The translations under genes and the position numbers were made by a program. The notes below the pieces were generated by a model, which saw only the letters and a program-made list of their open reading frames with translations, was not told where the DNA came from and did no database searches. 64,000 nucleotides of DNA from Terriglobia bacterium (GTDB lineage Bacteria; Acidobacteriota; Polarisedimenticolia; Polarisedimenticolales; JAIQFR01), in NCBI GenBank assembly GCA_963748015.1, contig CAVVHE010000004.1, positions 224,001-288,000 of the forward strand, written 5' to 3'. Below are positions 11,134 through 26,600 of the stretch, piece after piece. Position 1 is the stretch's first letter. Every line of letters starts with the position of its first letter.

Positions 11134-11757
11134 ATGCGCAGAAACGATCGCTTCCGCCTCGGGGCCGCGCTGTTCCTGCTCGCGCTCCCGCTCGCCGCGG
11201 GCTGCGCGGCGAGGCCGGCGGCCCCCCAAGCCTCGCGCGCGGCGGCGCCGTCGCCGACGCTCAATCCGTTCGTCTACTTCGAGGACGGCGGCATGGCGTT
11301 CGTCGCGGTGGACGGGCGCGCCGCGCAGTACATCGAGGACGAGCGGATCTTCCCGCTCGGCTTCAGCATCGCGAACCGCTCGAAGGGCAAGCTGACGCTG
11401 ACGCGCGAGTCGTTCGTCCTGGAGGACGAGTCCGGCGCGAAGACGCCTCCCTCCTCCTACGCGGAGTTCGCGTCCGGGTACGGCCGCGCTAGGACCGACG
11501 CCGGTCTCGCCGACTCCTTCCGGGAGATGATGCGCCTCCGGTTCGAGAGCTACTCTTTCGCGTCGTGGCCGCTCTATCCTTCGACTTCCAGCAGCGCCAC
11601 GGCGCGCGAGCGGATCGAGCTCGGGCGCAGCCAGTACACGATCTCCTACCTCTACTTTCCGGTTCCGGCGGGCGGCGTTCACGGTCGGTCGTTCACGCTA
11701 CTCGTGAAGGCGAACGAGGCCGCCGATTCGCTCTTGGTGAAGTTCCGGATTCGCTGA
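11134..11757 (+). CDS. Hypothetical lipoprotein
   Basis: AAGGAGG RBS; MRRNDRFRLGAALFLLALPLAAGC lipobox. Confidence 0.75.
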   Translation: MRRNDRFRLGAALFLLALPLAAGCAARPAAPQASRAAAPSPTLNPFVYFEDGGMAFVAVDGRAAQYIEDERIFPLGFSIANRSKGKLTLTRESFVLEDESGAKTPPSSYAEFASGYGRARTDAGLADSFREMMRLRFESYSFASWPLYPSTSSSATARERIELGRSQYTISYLYFPVPAGGVHGRSFTLLVKANEAADSLLVKFRIR

Positions 11758-11888
11758 CGAGGCGATTCCCGCACGCTGCGCCAGGCCGGACAGGGTCACG
11801 GAAGGGCGCGCCGCGGGTGTCCTTTTCCGGGCGTGCGCGCAACCCCTTGCTCGATCAGCTACTTGCATTCCATGGGGCGGCGGAGACG

Positions 11889-12055
11889 ATTTCGAAAAAA
11901 AATTTTCGCCAGCCCTTGCGCGCCGCGCGAGTTCTGCTAGGATAGCCGGCGGTTCGCATGGGCACGGGATCTTCCGGCTGGATGGCCAAGACCCCTTGAC
12001 AGGGAAGAGTAAGGTCGTATAATCCCTGTTTGCCCTGAGATGTTCTTTGAAAACT
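11889..12055 (+). promoter_or_regulatory. rrn promoter region: tandem promoters and boxA
   Basis: A/T-tract (UP-like) then TTGCGC...TGcTAGGAT (~11916-11943); TTGACA-N16-TATAAT (11996-12023); boxA-like TGTTCTTTGAAAA (12041-12053). Confidence 0.8.
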
Positions 12056-12193
12056 AAATAGAGCGTGCCAGTCTTGCGGAAGCCATCGCAGACGATGGCT
12101 TCAAGACGGTCCCGCCTCGGCGGGACCGATCCCACGAGCCAACAAAACTTCAGTCGCAAGCGAACCGGCGGTTCCACCGTCGGATCCAACTTT

Positions 12194-13750
<1,557 letters not shown>

Positions 13751-13950
13751 GGAGTCCATGGTACCGGACCTTCCCCGAGAAGGTCGCGGGCCGGACACCG
13801 AGGTCGATCGATGGCCTCCCAAGGCCGGCACGCTTCTATTTAGTTTTGAGCGAACATCGGGACCACCGACGGTTCGGCGAGCTCACCGCGGTTCGGCGGG
13901 CTCACCGCGGTCAGGCCGGGCAAGATCGTGCCGGTCGGCCAGCGGGCCGT

Positions 13951-14027
13951 GGGCCTATAGCTCAGTTGGCTAGAGCGCGCCCCTGATAAGGGCGAGGTCG
14001 GTAGTTCGACTCTACCTAGGCCCACCA
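13951..14027 (+). tRNA. tRNA-Ile(GAT)
   Basis: GGGCCTA acceptor stem, CTGATAA anticodon loop, TTCGA T-loop, CCA end. Confidence 0.97.
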
Positions 14028-14048
14028 ACTCGAGCGCGGTCCAAGCCG

Positions 14049-14124
14049 GGGGGTATAGCTCAGCTGGAAGAGCACCTGCTTTGCACGCAGGGGGTCAGCG
14101 GTTCGAATCCGCTTACCTCCACCA
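14049..14124 (+). tRNA. tRNA-Ala(TGC)
   Basis: GGGGGTA/TACCTCC acceptor with G3:U70, TTTGCAC anticodon loop, CCA end. Confidence 0.97.
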
Positions 14125-14284
14125 ACTGGAGGAGGGGCGGGGCGGCCGCGGCCGGCTCGGGCAGGAAGTTCGCGATGGAATCGAGGTCGAGGCGGAACGC
14201 CGCGGCCTCCGCTCTTTGAAAACCGAATCGTCAGGCATCTGCGCAAATGCTATGGAGCGCTGAGTATGAATTTGTGCGTTCTAT

Positions 14285-17290
<3,006 letters not shown>

Positions 17291-17352
17291 TAGACTTTGG
17301 ACTCATAATTTATCGGATGCCCCATGGCATTTCGAGATCCTGACGATTCGGT

Positions 17353-17470
17353 TTCCCGGTGACCATAGCGAGGGGGTCACACCCGTTCCCATTCCGAACA
17401 CGGTCGTTAAGCCCCTCAGCGCCGATGGTACTGCGTGGGCAACTGCGTGGGAGAGTAGGACGTTGCCGGG
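17353..17470 (+). rRNA. rrf: 5S rRNA
   Basis: TCCCGGTGACCATAGC...CACCCGTTCCCATTCCGAACACGG...GAGAGTAGGACGTTGCCGGGA. Confidence 0.97.
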
Positions 17471-17483
17471 ATCGTTCTCCTGG

Positions 17484-17517
17484 AAGGGCCCGCCGTCAGG
17501 CGGGCCCTTTCTTTTTC
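17484..17517 (+). terminator. rrn terminator
   Basis: AAGGGCCCGCC-GTCA-GGCGGGCCCTT followed by TTCTTTTT. Confidence 0.9.
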
Positions 17518-17708
17518 CGCGTCTTTCCTTCGCCCGCCCCGGCGCATGCATCCGGGATTCGAGAGGCGCGCGGATGATTCGCAGCAAACCCGCTTTCGGG
17601 ATCTTGACCCGATCGGCAGGCCACAGTATAAACACGACTCATCGTCGGCGAACGGACGTGCGCCCGAACGGCCACAGGTTCTGCCGATGCGCGGAGACGA
17701 GCGCCGTG

Positions 17709-18884
17709 ATGAAACGGAGTCCGGCTTCCTGGCTGATCGTGACGTGTGCCATCGCCCTCATCGTCTCGCTGCCGGCGAGCGCGGAGGAGATCGAGAAGAA
17801 GTTCAGAGCGAGCCTCTCGATCGGGCAGTACGACACGAGGGCCGCTCTCACCAGCGACTCGGCGAACATCCTCACGCTCGTGGACGCGAAGGAACAGTTC
17901 GTCACCTACATCGAGGACCCGCGGAACGACAACGCCGCGCTGGGCTACCTGGGCGCCCGCCCGGCCAATCGCCTCGTCGCGACCGCGCAGTACGGGCTCA
18001 ACCGCTTTTTCCTCATCGAGGGATCCGTCGGGTACGAGAAGGGCGACATCGGCTCGATCGAGATGCAGGCCGAGTTCTTCGGCGTATTCATCGAGCCGAT
18101 CGAGCGGCACAAGTACACGGTCTACAACCTGCAGGCGGGGACGATCACGAAGATCCCGGTGCAGCTCACGGGGATCGCTCGCTTCCGCCCGAAGGCGCGA
18201 TTCAACCCCTATCTCGGATTCGGATTCGGCTACGCGGCCGTAGGCTTCGACCCGAGCAACGATCTCGACACGCTGTCCGCGAGGATGGACGGGCTCGTCG
18301 GCGGGCAGAGCAGCCTGTCGCCGTATCCGGCGACGCTGCCCAATCCTCCGGCCGAGGCCGACTACGCCCCGATGTCGGGCGCGAGGGCAAGCGCGGGCAA
18401 TTACTGGGAGTGGCACCTCGTCGGGGGAGTGGAGTACAGCGTCAAGCGGAAGTGGACGGTCTACGGGGACGTGCGCTACGAGAACGCGTCGAACTCGTTC
18501 TCCCTCTCCTTCAACGGCTCCGACAGCGTCGGCATTTCCGTGCCCAACCGCCAGGCGCTCCGTACCGGCGAGATCGCAACGGCGACTTACGGCCCCATGG
18601 TGATCCCGGACGGCGGGCTCGTGGACGGCGGGCTCCTGGTCAATCCCGACACCTTCAACAGCGTCCCGGTGGCTCCGGGCGTCTGCTCGATTTCCGATCC
18701 GTCGCAATGCACGTTCCTCGGCAACCAGGACATGGCCGACTACAACGAGACGAACAAGGACTACCCGGGATACGTCCCCGTGACGCCCGACGGCGTGACC
18801 GATCCCGGCTACTACTACGTGAAGGGCGGCTCGATCCGTTACAGCGGGTTGGCGTTGCAGATCGGCGTCCGGTACGCCTTCTGA
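17709..18884 (+). CDS. OmpW-like outer-membrane beta-barrel protein
   Basis: Signal peptide ending ASA-E; IPVQLT...RFNPYLGFGFGY; GGVEYSV..KWTVYGDVRY; C-terminal QIGVRYAF; TTGACC-N17-TATAAA upstream. Confidence 0.8.
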   Translation: MKRSPASWLIVTCAIALIVSLPASAEEIEKKFRASLSIGQYDTRAALTSDSANILTLVDAKEQFVTYIEDPRNDNAALGYLGARPANRLVATAQYGLNRFFLIEGSVGYEKGDIGSIEMQAEFFGVFIEPIERHKYTVYNLQAGTITKIPVQLTGIARFRPKARFNPYLGFGFGYAAVGFDPSNDLDTLSARMDGLVGGQSSLSPYPATLPNPPAEADYAPMSGARASAGNYWEWHLVGGVEYSVKRKWTVYGDVRYENASNSFSLSFNGSDSVGISVPNRQALRTGEIATATYGPMVIPDGGLVDGGLLVNPDTFNSVPVAPGVCSISDPSQCTFLGNQDMADYNETNKDYPGYVPVTPDGVTDPGYYYVKGGSIRYSGLALQIGVRYAF

Positions 18885-19087
18885 CCCCCGGAGAGCGGGG
18901 GAGGGGGCGCCTCGGGCCCGGGAGCAGGTGCCCGGGGCCGGGACAGGGGCCGGCGGGAGAGCAGGATCTCCCCCCGGGTACTTGAGGCGGGGAGAGCGTA
19001 TCCGTCGCCCCCGGTTGCGGCCTCGAGCCGGCCGCTCGCGGCTCGACCCTCATGCTACAATACGACAATCAAGCGGCGAGGTGAGGT

Positions 19088-19837
19088 ATGTCCGGACATT
19101 CCAAGTGGAGCACGATCAAGCATAAGAAGGGCGCCCTTGACGCGAAGCGCGGGAAGATTTTCACCCGCCTCATCAAGGAGATCACGATCGCGGCCAAGAT
19201 CGGCGGGGGCGATCCCGCGGGCAACCCGCGCCTCAGGACCGCCATCGCCGATGCCAAGGCCGCGAACATGCCCGCGGACAACATCAAGCGAGCGGTCCAG
19301 AAGGGAACCGGGGAGCTCCCGGGCGTCACGTACGAGGAGGTCGTCTACGAGGGGTACGGTCCGGGCGGCGTCGCCGTGTACGTGGACATCCTGACCGACA
19401 ACAAGATGCGCACGACCCCCGAGATCCGGCACATCTTCACCAAGCACGGCGGCGATCTCGGCCAGCCGAACAGTGTCGCCTGGATGTTCGAGAAGAAGGG
19501 GCAGTTCACCGTTTCGGGCTCGGCGGTCGACGAGGACCGCCTGATGGAAGTCGTGCTCGAGGCCGGCGCCGACGACCTGGGGCGCGACGGCGAGAACTTC
19601 GAGGGGGCGTGCTCCCCGGCCGCGCTCCACGCGGTCCGGGAAGCGCTCGAGAAGGCGGGCATTCCGATCGTGTCCTCGGGAGTCATCATGGCCCCGCAGA
19701 ACGTCGTCCACCTGGACGGGAAGAAGGCTCACCAGTGCGTCAAGCTCCTCGAGGCGATCGAGGATCATGACGACGTCCAGCACGTTTACGCCAATCTCGA
19801 GTTCGACGAGGCCGACCTGGAGGCGGAGGTCTCCTGA
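19088..19837 (+). CDS. yebC: YebC/PmpR family protein
   Basis: MSGHSKWSTIKHKK, YEGYGPGG, DHDDVQHVYAN. Confidence 0.97.
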   Translation: MSGHSKWSTIKHKKGALDAKRGKIFTRLIKEITIAAKIGGGDPAGNPRLRTAIADAKAANMPADNIKRAVQKGTGELPGVTYEEVVYEGYGPGGVAVYVDILTDNKMRTTPEIRHIFTKHGGDLGQPNSVAWMFEKKGQFTVSGSAVDEDRLMEVVLEAGADDLGRDGENFEGACSPAALHAVREALEKAGIPIVSSGVIMAPQNVVHLDGKKAHQCVKLLEAIEDHDDVQHVYANLEFDEADLEAEVS

Positions 19838-19871
19838 CCGTCCGCGATACCTCGGTCCGCCGGGGAGCGTG

Positions 19872-20396
19872 ATGGGGGAACCGGTCCGCGTCCTCGGAGT
19901 GGACCCGGGGTCGCTGCACACCGGATGGGGGCTCGTGGGGGGCGGCCCGCTCGATCCCGCTCTCATCGAGTGCGGCGTGATACGGCTTCCCCCGCGAGAC
20001 TCGTTTCCCGACCGCCTTCACCGCCTCCTGGTCGAGCTGGGAGGGATCGTGGGCCGCCTGTCGCCGACCGCGGCCGCCGTCGAGGCGCCGTTCCACGGAA
20101 TCAACCCCCGCACCGCCCTCCAGCTCGCGCACGCGCGCGGGGTCGTGCTCGCCGTCCTCGGCGCCGCCGGCGTGCCCGTGACCGAGTACGCGCCCGCGAC
20201 CGTGAAGAAGGCGGTCACCGGCGCCGGGCGCGCGGGAAAGGACCAGGTGCGCGCGATGGTCCGTCACCTTCTTGGCGGGGCCGTGGCGCGGACCGGCCTC
20301 TCCGACGAGAGCGACGCCCTCGCCGTCGCGCTCTGCCACCTCGCGACGCTCCGTTACAGGGAGGCGGTCTCGCGGTCCGCGATGCCCCGCCGCTGA
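19872..20396 (+). CDS. ruvC: Holliday junction resolvase RuvC
   Basis: VLGVDPGSLHTGWG, AVEAPF, VKKAVTGAGRAGKDQV, DESDALAVA. Confidence 0.97.
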   Translation: MGEPVRVLGVDPGSLHTGWGLVGGGPLDPALIECGVIRLPPRDSFPDRLHRLLVELGGIVGRLSPTAAAVEAPFHGINPRTALQLAHARGVVLAVLGAAGVPVTEYAPATVKKAVTGAGRAGKDQVRAMVRHLLGGAVARTGLSDESDALAVALCHLATLRYREAVSRSAMPRR

Positions 20397-20550
20397 CCCT
20401 CTCGTCGCGCCTCGCATGCTATGATTTCCGCGCCTCGACCGGAGTTTTCCACGAGGCCGGAACGACGAGCCGCGCATTCGCGTCCGAACTCGACCCGCGC
20501 GGCGGGCGTTCGCGAGAGGCAGGGGCCGCCGGCGGGAGGCGCTTTCTCAA

Positions 20551-21183
20551 ATGATCGGCAGGCTCACCGGAATCGTCGCGGAGTGCACGCCCGGCTCGGT
20601 CCTCCTCGACGTCGGCGGCGTCGGCTACTACCTCCAGATACCTCTCGGGACCTTCTACTCCCTGCGGGAGGGGGGCGGCGGGCCGGTCACGCTGCACGTC
20701 CACACTCACGTCCGGGAGGACGCCCTCCTGCTCTTCGGTTTCGCCGGCGCGGACGAGCGCCGGGCGTTCGAGCGCCTGATCGGGATCTCCGGCGTCGGCC
20801 CCCGGACCGCCCTGGCCGTGCTCTCCGGGATCGGCGTCCTGGACCTCGAGCGGGCGGTGCGCGAGGGGGACCGGGAGCAGCTCGAGAAGATACCCGGCAT
20901 CGGGCGGAAGACGGCGGAGCGCGTCATCCTCGAGCTCAAGGACCGACTCGACCGGGATTCCCGTGCCCGCCTCGGGCGGGCCGGGAGCGCGGCCGGAGGC
21001 CCCCAGCCGTACGATCCGCGCCCCCAGGGCATACGCGCGGATGCCGTCGCGGCCCTGGAGCACCTCGGTTACTCGCGGGACGCCGCGGCCCGGGCGGTGG
21101 ACGGCGCGATCGCCGCCTTGGGCGATACCGCCACCACGATCGAGGCCGTCCTGAGGGCCGCCCTGCGCGGCCTCGTGAGGTAG
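20551..21183 (+). CDS. ruvA: Holliday junction branch migration protein RuvA
   Basis: [41 protein letters not shown]. Confidence 0.98.
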   Translation: MIGRLTGIVAECTPGSVLLDVGGVGYYLQIPLGTFYSLREGGGGPVTLHVHTHVREDALLLFGFAGADERRAFERLIGISGVGPRTALAVLSGIGVLDLERAVREGDREQLEKIPGIGRKTAERVILELKDRLDRDSRARLGRAGSAAGGPQPYDPRPQGIRADAVAALEHLGYSRDAAARAVDGAIAALGDTATTIEAVLRAALRGLVR

Positions 21184-21193
21184 CAGCGGCAAC

Positions 21194-22204
21194 GTGAGCG
21201 ACGACCGGCTCATCCGAGGAGAGGCCGAGGGGGACGACGCTTCGTTCGAGCCGACCCTTCGCCCCCGGACCCTGGCCGAGTACATCGGCCAGGAGGCCAT
21301 GAAGGCCAACCTCGCGGTGTTCCTGGAGGCGGCCCGGCAGCGAGGCGAGCCCCTCGACCACGTGCTGCTCTACGGCCCTCCCGGCCTCGGCAAGACGACC
21401 CTGGCCCACGTCATCGCTCGGGAGATGGCGGGGCAGATCCGGGTCACGTCGGGGCCTTCCATCGAGCGGCCCGGCGATCTCGCGGCGGTCCTGACGAACC
21501 TCCAACCGGGCGACGTGCTGTTCATCGACGAGATCCACCGCCTCGGCCACGTCATGGAGGAGATCCTCTACCCGGCAATGGAGGACTTCGCCATCGACCT
21601 CGTGATCGGCACCGGGCCCAACGCCCGCACGGTCAGGCTCGACCTGCCGCGCTTCACGCTGGTCGGAGCCACGACGCGCAGCGGGCTCCTTTCGGGGCCG
21701 CTCCGGGACCGTTTCGGCATCGTGCACCACCTCGAATACTACGGTCCCGGCGACCTCGCGACGATCGCCCGGAGGTCGGCCGGGATCCTGGGCATCCCGC
21801 TCGAGCCGGAGGGAGCCGAGGAGATCGCCCGGCGCTCGCGCGGCACCCCCCGGATCGCCAACCGCCTGCTCCGGAGGATTCGCGATTTCGCCCAGGTCGC
21901 CGGAGACCCCTCGATCACCGGGAAGGCGGCAACCGACGCGCTGGAGCGCCTCCAGGTCGACCGCTTCGGCCTCGACCACCTCGACCGGCGGATCCTCTCG
22001 ACCGTGCTCGACAAGTTCGACGGGGGCCCTGTCGGCCTCGCCACCCTGGCCGCCGCGGTCGGCGAGGACCCCGGCACCATCGAGGAGATCTACGAGCCAT
22101 ACCTCCTGCAGATCGGGTTCCTCGACCGCACGCCGCGCGGAAGGCGGACGACGCGGCGGGCGCGGGAGCACCTGCGCGGACACGACCCCTCCGCGCTGTT
22201 CTGA
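21194..22204 (+). CDS. ruvB: Holliday junction branch migration ATPase RuvB
   Basis: [45 protein letters not shown]. Confidence 0.98.
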   Translation: MSDDRLIRGEAEGDDASFEPTLRPRTLAEYIGQEAMKANLAVFLEAARQRGEPLDHVLLYGPPGLGKTTLAHVIAREMAGQIRVTSGPSIERPGDLAAVLTNLQPGDVLFIDEIHRLGHVMEEILYPAMEDFAIDLVIGTGPNARTVRLDLPRFTLVGATTRSGLLSGPLRDRFGIVHHLEYYGPGDLATIARRSAGILGIPLEPEGAEEIARRSRGTPRIANRLLRRIRDFAQVAGDPSITGKAATDALERLQVDRFGLDHLDRRILSTVLDKFDGGPVGLATLAAAVGEDPGTIEEIYEPYLLQIGFLDRTPRGRRTTRRAREHLRGHDPSALF

Positions 22205-23628
22205 TCATGGTGGTGCGGAGCTTGTGAGTTCTGAGACGGGGGAGCGGCTTGTCTCGCGCCGCCGGTGCATGTCTTAGGGATGCTCGAAGCTCGGTCGGGG
22301 GGGTGTGCCAGGACGAGGCTCAGGCGGCGTGCCGGAGCCGGTGGCGGGTGTTCGCGGGCAGGACGGGAGTGAGCCAGTCTCGGCGATAGATCTCCATCCA
22401 AACTGGCGGCAGGCTCGCGTGCGAGACGAACAATCGCCGGCTCAGGACCCGTCGCCATGTCCAGGGAGTGTCGGCGAGTCCGAGGTGCATTGCGGGCGTG
22501 GTCCGATCGGGGCGACGCTCGGATCTCCCCTTGACGAGGTTTCGCCAGACGAGCGCCAGGAACAGTCGCTCCATGATGGCGTTGAGCCGACGCCCGAAGG
22601 CGATCGTCTCCCGCTTGTGGTTGGCAATGCTGTGGCGAAGGAGCGCGTGGAGTTGGTCGACGGCAAACATCGCCCCGTCCCGGGCAAGCGCCTCCGACGA
22701 GCGCGGGGATCCCTTTGGGCCGCGCCTGGGATTGGGGTGTATCTCGAGCCGGACCCTTGCCGACTCGTGGTGCCGGCAGACCGCGCGCGGGTAGTCCTCC
22801 TTCCCGTCGCAGGCCAGGCGTAGCGGCTGGCCGGAGGGCACCAGCGGCAGTAGGACGTCCAGTCCTCGCAGGAACGACCCCTCATACCCACCTCGCGTTG
22901 CCCTCCGGGGGCGCCGCCGGATCCGCTGCTCCTGCGCGGGAGTTCTCCTGCCCGTCCGGGCGTGAGGGGCGGGATCGACCCCGTACACGAACCAGGATTC
23001 GCGCCCCGCGGCGGTCCAGACGCCGAGAGGCAGGTCTTGCGAGAACTCGAAGGTCTCGAAGTGGTCGGAGGCGAATGCCTCGCGAACGCCGCTGCGCAAC
23101 GCGTCGAGAGCGAGCGCTTGGAGCAGCATGGCGTGGCGGCCGAGCCGGGCGCTGAGGCGGGTGACCGTGGACGGGGCGCAGCCGAGAGTCCGCGCGATCT
23201 GCCGGTGGGCGGACCCGGCGACGAGGCCGGCGGCGACGGGAATGAGCAGCTCGGGGCGCTTGAGGTAGTAGGACGTGGCGAAGGTCTTGCGAGAGAAGGT
23301 TCTAGCGCACCTCGAGCAACGGAATCGGGTTACTCGGCGGCCGCGCTTGTCGGCGTACTCCGCGTGCAGGCGGAATCGGTAAGGGGTCGAGCGGGGCAGG
23401 TGATCGGGACACTCGGGCCAAGGGCAATGGCGCGGCGCGAAGGCTCGCGAGTTCTCTACCGGTGTTTCTGGCCAGGTCACCCCCGAACGCATCGCAATCG
23501 ACGCGCCAACGCCTCGCCTCGGAAACCGGGGCCTTCTCGCACCCACACGCCGCCTGTTGTCCGCGGGCGGCCGCACGATGTCCGCCCTCGACGAACGCAC
23601 CGGCGCCACAAGCTTCGCACCACCATGA
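22205..23628 (-). mobile_element. IS1-like insertion sequence (~1.42 kb) with 22-bp terminal inverted repeats
   Basis: TCATGGTGGTGCGGAGCTTGTG (22205-22226) matches the reverse complement of 23607-23628 with 1 mismatch; encloses a single transposase ORF. Confidence 0.85.
22320..23492 (-). CDS. IS1-like DDE transposase (Zn ribbon + HTH + catalytic core in one ORF)
   Basis: CPWPEC...RFRCSRCARTF; HTH HRQIARTLGCAPSTV; SDHFE, CDGKEDY, VDQLHALLRH; TPAMHLG tail; start uncertain. Confidence 0.75.
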   Translation of the reverse strand: MRSGVTWPETPVENSRAFAPRHCPWPECPDHLPRSTPYRFRLHAEYADKRGRRVTRFRCSRCARTFSRKTFATSYYLKRPELLIPVAAGLVAGSAHRQIARTLGCAPSTVTRLSARLGRHAMLLQALALDALRSGVREAFASDHFETFEFSQDLPLGVWTAAGRESWFVYGVDPAPHARTGRRTPAQEQRIRRRPRRATRGGYEGSFLRGLDVLLPLVPSGQPLRLACDGKEDYPRAVCRHHESARVRLEIHPNPRRGPKGSPRSSEALARDGAMFAVDQLHALLRHSIANHKRETIAFGRRLNAIMERLFLALVWRNLVKGRSERRPDRTTPAMHLGLADTPWTWRRVLSRRLFVSHASLPPVWMEIYRRDWLTPVLPANTRHRLRHAA

Positions 23629-23660
23629 AAAAAAGGGGGAGGGACCGAAGTCCCTCCCCC
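23628..23660 (-). terminator. Rho-independent terminator of the giant protease gene
   Basis: GGGGAGGGAC-CGAA-GTCCCTCCCC hairpin preceded by an A-run (U-tail on the minus strand). Confidence 0.85.
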
Positions 23661-23687
23661 ACGAGGTGTGAACCTATTCCCTAGAAA

Positions 23688-26600
23688 CTACGGGCAGGAC
23701 ACTCCGTCCGCGACGAGCTGCGCGTTCCGTCCAACCTTCTCCGACGCGGAGGCGTCGGTGTAGTTGTACGGGTTGACGTTGCAGGTCGCGCCGCGGCCGA
23801 GGAAGTAGAAGCCGTTGTTCGGCAGGACGGTGCTTCCGTCCGTCGTCGACGTGCCGAGCGTGTCGTTGAGGGTGCACGCCAGCGCACTGCCGGTGAACGT
23901 CTTCAGGTTGCGGAGAATGCCCAGGTCGCCACGGGTGACGTCGGTCCACCCGCTGCCGCCCCAGGCGATCGTGAGGTTCTGGTCCGGCTCGACGCCGCCG
24001 AGGCCGCCGGTCTTGGTGACCGACAGCGGTCCGGTCCAGGCGAGGGTTCCGGTGGTCGGGCAGCCGACCGTCACCACCGTGCTCGTCGTTCCTGCGCACG
24101 TGGAGAGGGTCGAGCAGCGTACGTCCACCGTGTAGTTCGTGGTCACCAGAGGCGTGTCGATCAGGCTCCCGAGGTCGGACCAGTCTTGGACGACCGTGGC
24201 GCCGACGGAGAACCTGTACTGCAGCACGCCGCCGACGCAACGATCCGCGGCGGACGAGCTGGCATCGAGCACGACCTGCTGGCCCGGGCCCGAGGAGGCG
24301 CCCGGAGTGGCAGCGAGGCTGGCGGTCACCGACGTGCAGGTGCTCGGGCACGCCGGGAGACCGGAGTTGGCGGCGACGTCCGCGGAAACGACGGCCGGCG
24401 AGGTCAGGGTGTTGGAAACCTGAACGTCGTCGATGAACCACCCGTCGTCCGTGGGCCTCGGCGCGAAGCTGGAACCGAGAGCGGCGATCGCGTCAGGAGC
24501 GTCGCCGACCTTGATGGTGGACACGAGCATGCGGAGCCGGGCGGCCCGGCCCTTGAACCGGTCGAGGTTGAAGCGGGTCTCGACCCAGTTGCCGCGGTTG
24601 ATGGAGCCCTGCAATCCGACCGGGTCGTCCGACGACCGCAGCGTGTTGCCGGCGATCCACGGGCTGCGCCAGTTGGTATCGCCCTGCTGCGAGAAGACGA
24701 ACTCCGGCATGCACGTCGAGGACGGCCCGTAGAACCGGTTCGGGTCCGCCGGGGCGAAGTAGCTGTCCTCGTCGTTGCCGTCATCGGTCGGGTCGAAGGT
24801 GCAGTTGATGTAGTTGTTGGTCGGCTGCACGTCGTAGATCTGCTGGTAGGGATACAGCTTCTGCCAGATACCCGCCGGGTTGCCCGTGAGAGGATCCGCG
24901 AGCTGCAGGTGCACGACCGCGCGGTCGGGACCCTGCAGGTAAGGCGAGTTGAGCACCCGGAAGTCCATCAGCGCGATCTGGTGCTTGAAGGAGAACTCCG
25001 GCTGCGCGGTGTACCCGAGGTACACCGGGGCTGCCATCGCGAGGGCCTGCAACGCGGACAGCGCTTCCGTGTCCCTGTCGGGGTCCGTCGAGACCTTGTG
25101 CCGGCCCCAGTGCACGGACTGGGAGCCGATGTAGGCGCGGCCGCCGTCCGAGTTGGACGTCCTGTGAACGTGCCAATCGAACGGGGCGATGACTCCGTAG
25201 GAGAAGCCGGGGTAGCAGTAGGTCTCTCCGTAGGAGTTCGAGTTCACGTAGTCCGGGTCGTTGTACGGGCAGCGGGTGCCGTTGGCCAGGACCGTGGACG
25301 CCGGCGGGTCGACGGCGGTGTAGGCCGAATCCAGCGACATCGACGTGAAGAGACCGAAGTCGCCGGGGCCGCCCGTTCCCTCGAAGCTCTCGAGGAACGT
25401 GCTCGGCGCCCCGCCGCCGGTGACGTCGAGGTCGAGGTCCTGGGTGATGGCCTGCGCGGACTCGGACGCGTCGAACTGGTCCGAGGACAGGGTGATGTTG
25501 AAGGCCGCGGAGATGTCGTTGAACTCCTGGCCTGCCAGGCGTACCGCTCCCGACGTCACCTTCCAGACGAACGGCGTCGGGATCTCGACCACCGCGCCGT
25601 TCGCGAGGGCCGGCAGCACGATCGAGGGCTGCAGGATGCAGTCCACGTACGGGCTGTTGCTGGCCAGCCGGGCGACGAGGTTGGTGATGGCCTTCCCGGT
25701 CTTGTTGGAGACGGTGATGTACATGTTCACCGTCTCGTTCGTGTCGGCGAACGCGTCGCCGTCACCCTTGCCCACGTCGTTCGTGATCCGGCTGCTCTTC
25801 ACGACCACGCGACCCGTGGACACGTTGAGCGTGACGTTGGCCTGGAGGAAGCCCCACAGGGTGGGGTTCGGGTTGGGCTGGCAGGGATTGCCGGTGCCGT
25901 CATCCGGGTCGTTGTACTGGATGATGGCGGTCGGCTGGACCGTGCCCTCGCGCCGGACGTAGAGCGTGCCCGGGGAGTTGTAGGCCGAGGAGACGGGCAG
26001 GTTCCCCTTGAACACGCGGGAGCCGGTGCTCGTCTCGTTGAGGGCCACCCACTCGCCGGTGGGCTCGGCAACGGAAGTGACCAGGACGTATACGTCTCGG
26101 GCACCGTTGCCGTCGCAGTCGACCACGTCGCCGACGTCGGTGTAGACGCCGTTGTGGTTGCAGTCGTTGTTGCCGCCCGCCGGCTTGCCCGGCGAGTAGT
26201 CGGTCACGGTGAGGTCGATCCGTCCGAGGCTCTGATAGGTCTGGGTGGTAGCGATGTCGAGCGTCGCGCACGCCCCGGTGGCGCACGTCGTCGTGGTGTC
26301 CTCTGCGACGCTGATTTCCTTCCACTCCAGGACCATGTCGTCGATCGCGACGCCGTAGCCCTTGACCTGGGGCGGGTTGCCGGGGATGTACTCGTTGACC
26401 ATGTAGCCCACGGCGCCCTGCCAGTTGATGCCGTCGTCACCGTAGGTGTCCTCGAAGGTCGTGAACCGGCCCTCGATGAAACCGTTGACGGCGGTCATGT
26501 TCATGTTGCGGATCGGCCCATTGAGCTTCACGAACTGGTCGGTCGTGGTGCCCGAGTCGAAGTTGCAGGTGCCGTCGTACTTCGGCGGCTGGCAGTCGGC

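Noticed and set aside
13870..13912. Short tandem duplication CGGTTCGGCG(A/G)GCTCACCG in the 16S-tRNA spacer
   Set aside because: Consistent with ordinary spacer variation; no evidence of separate function.
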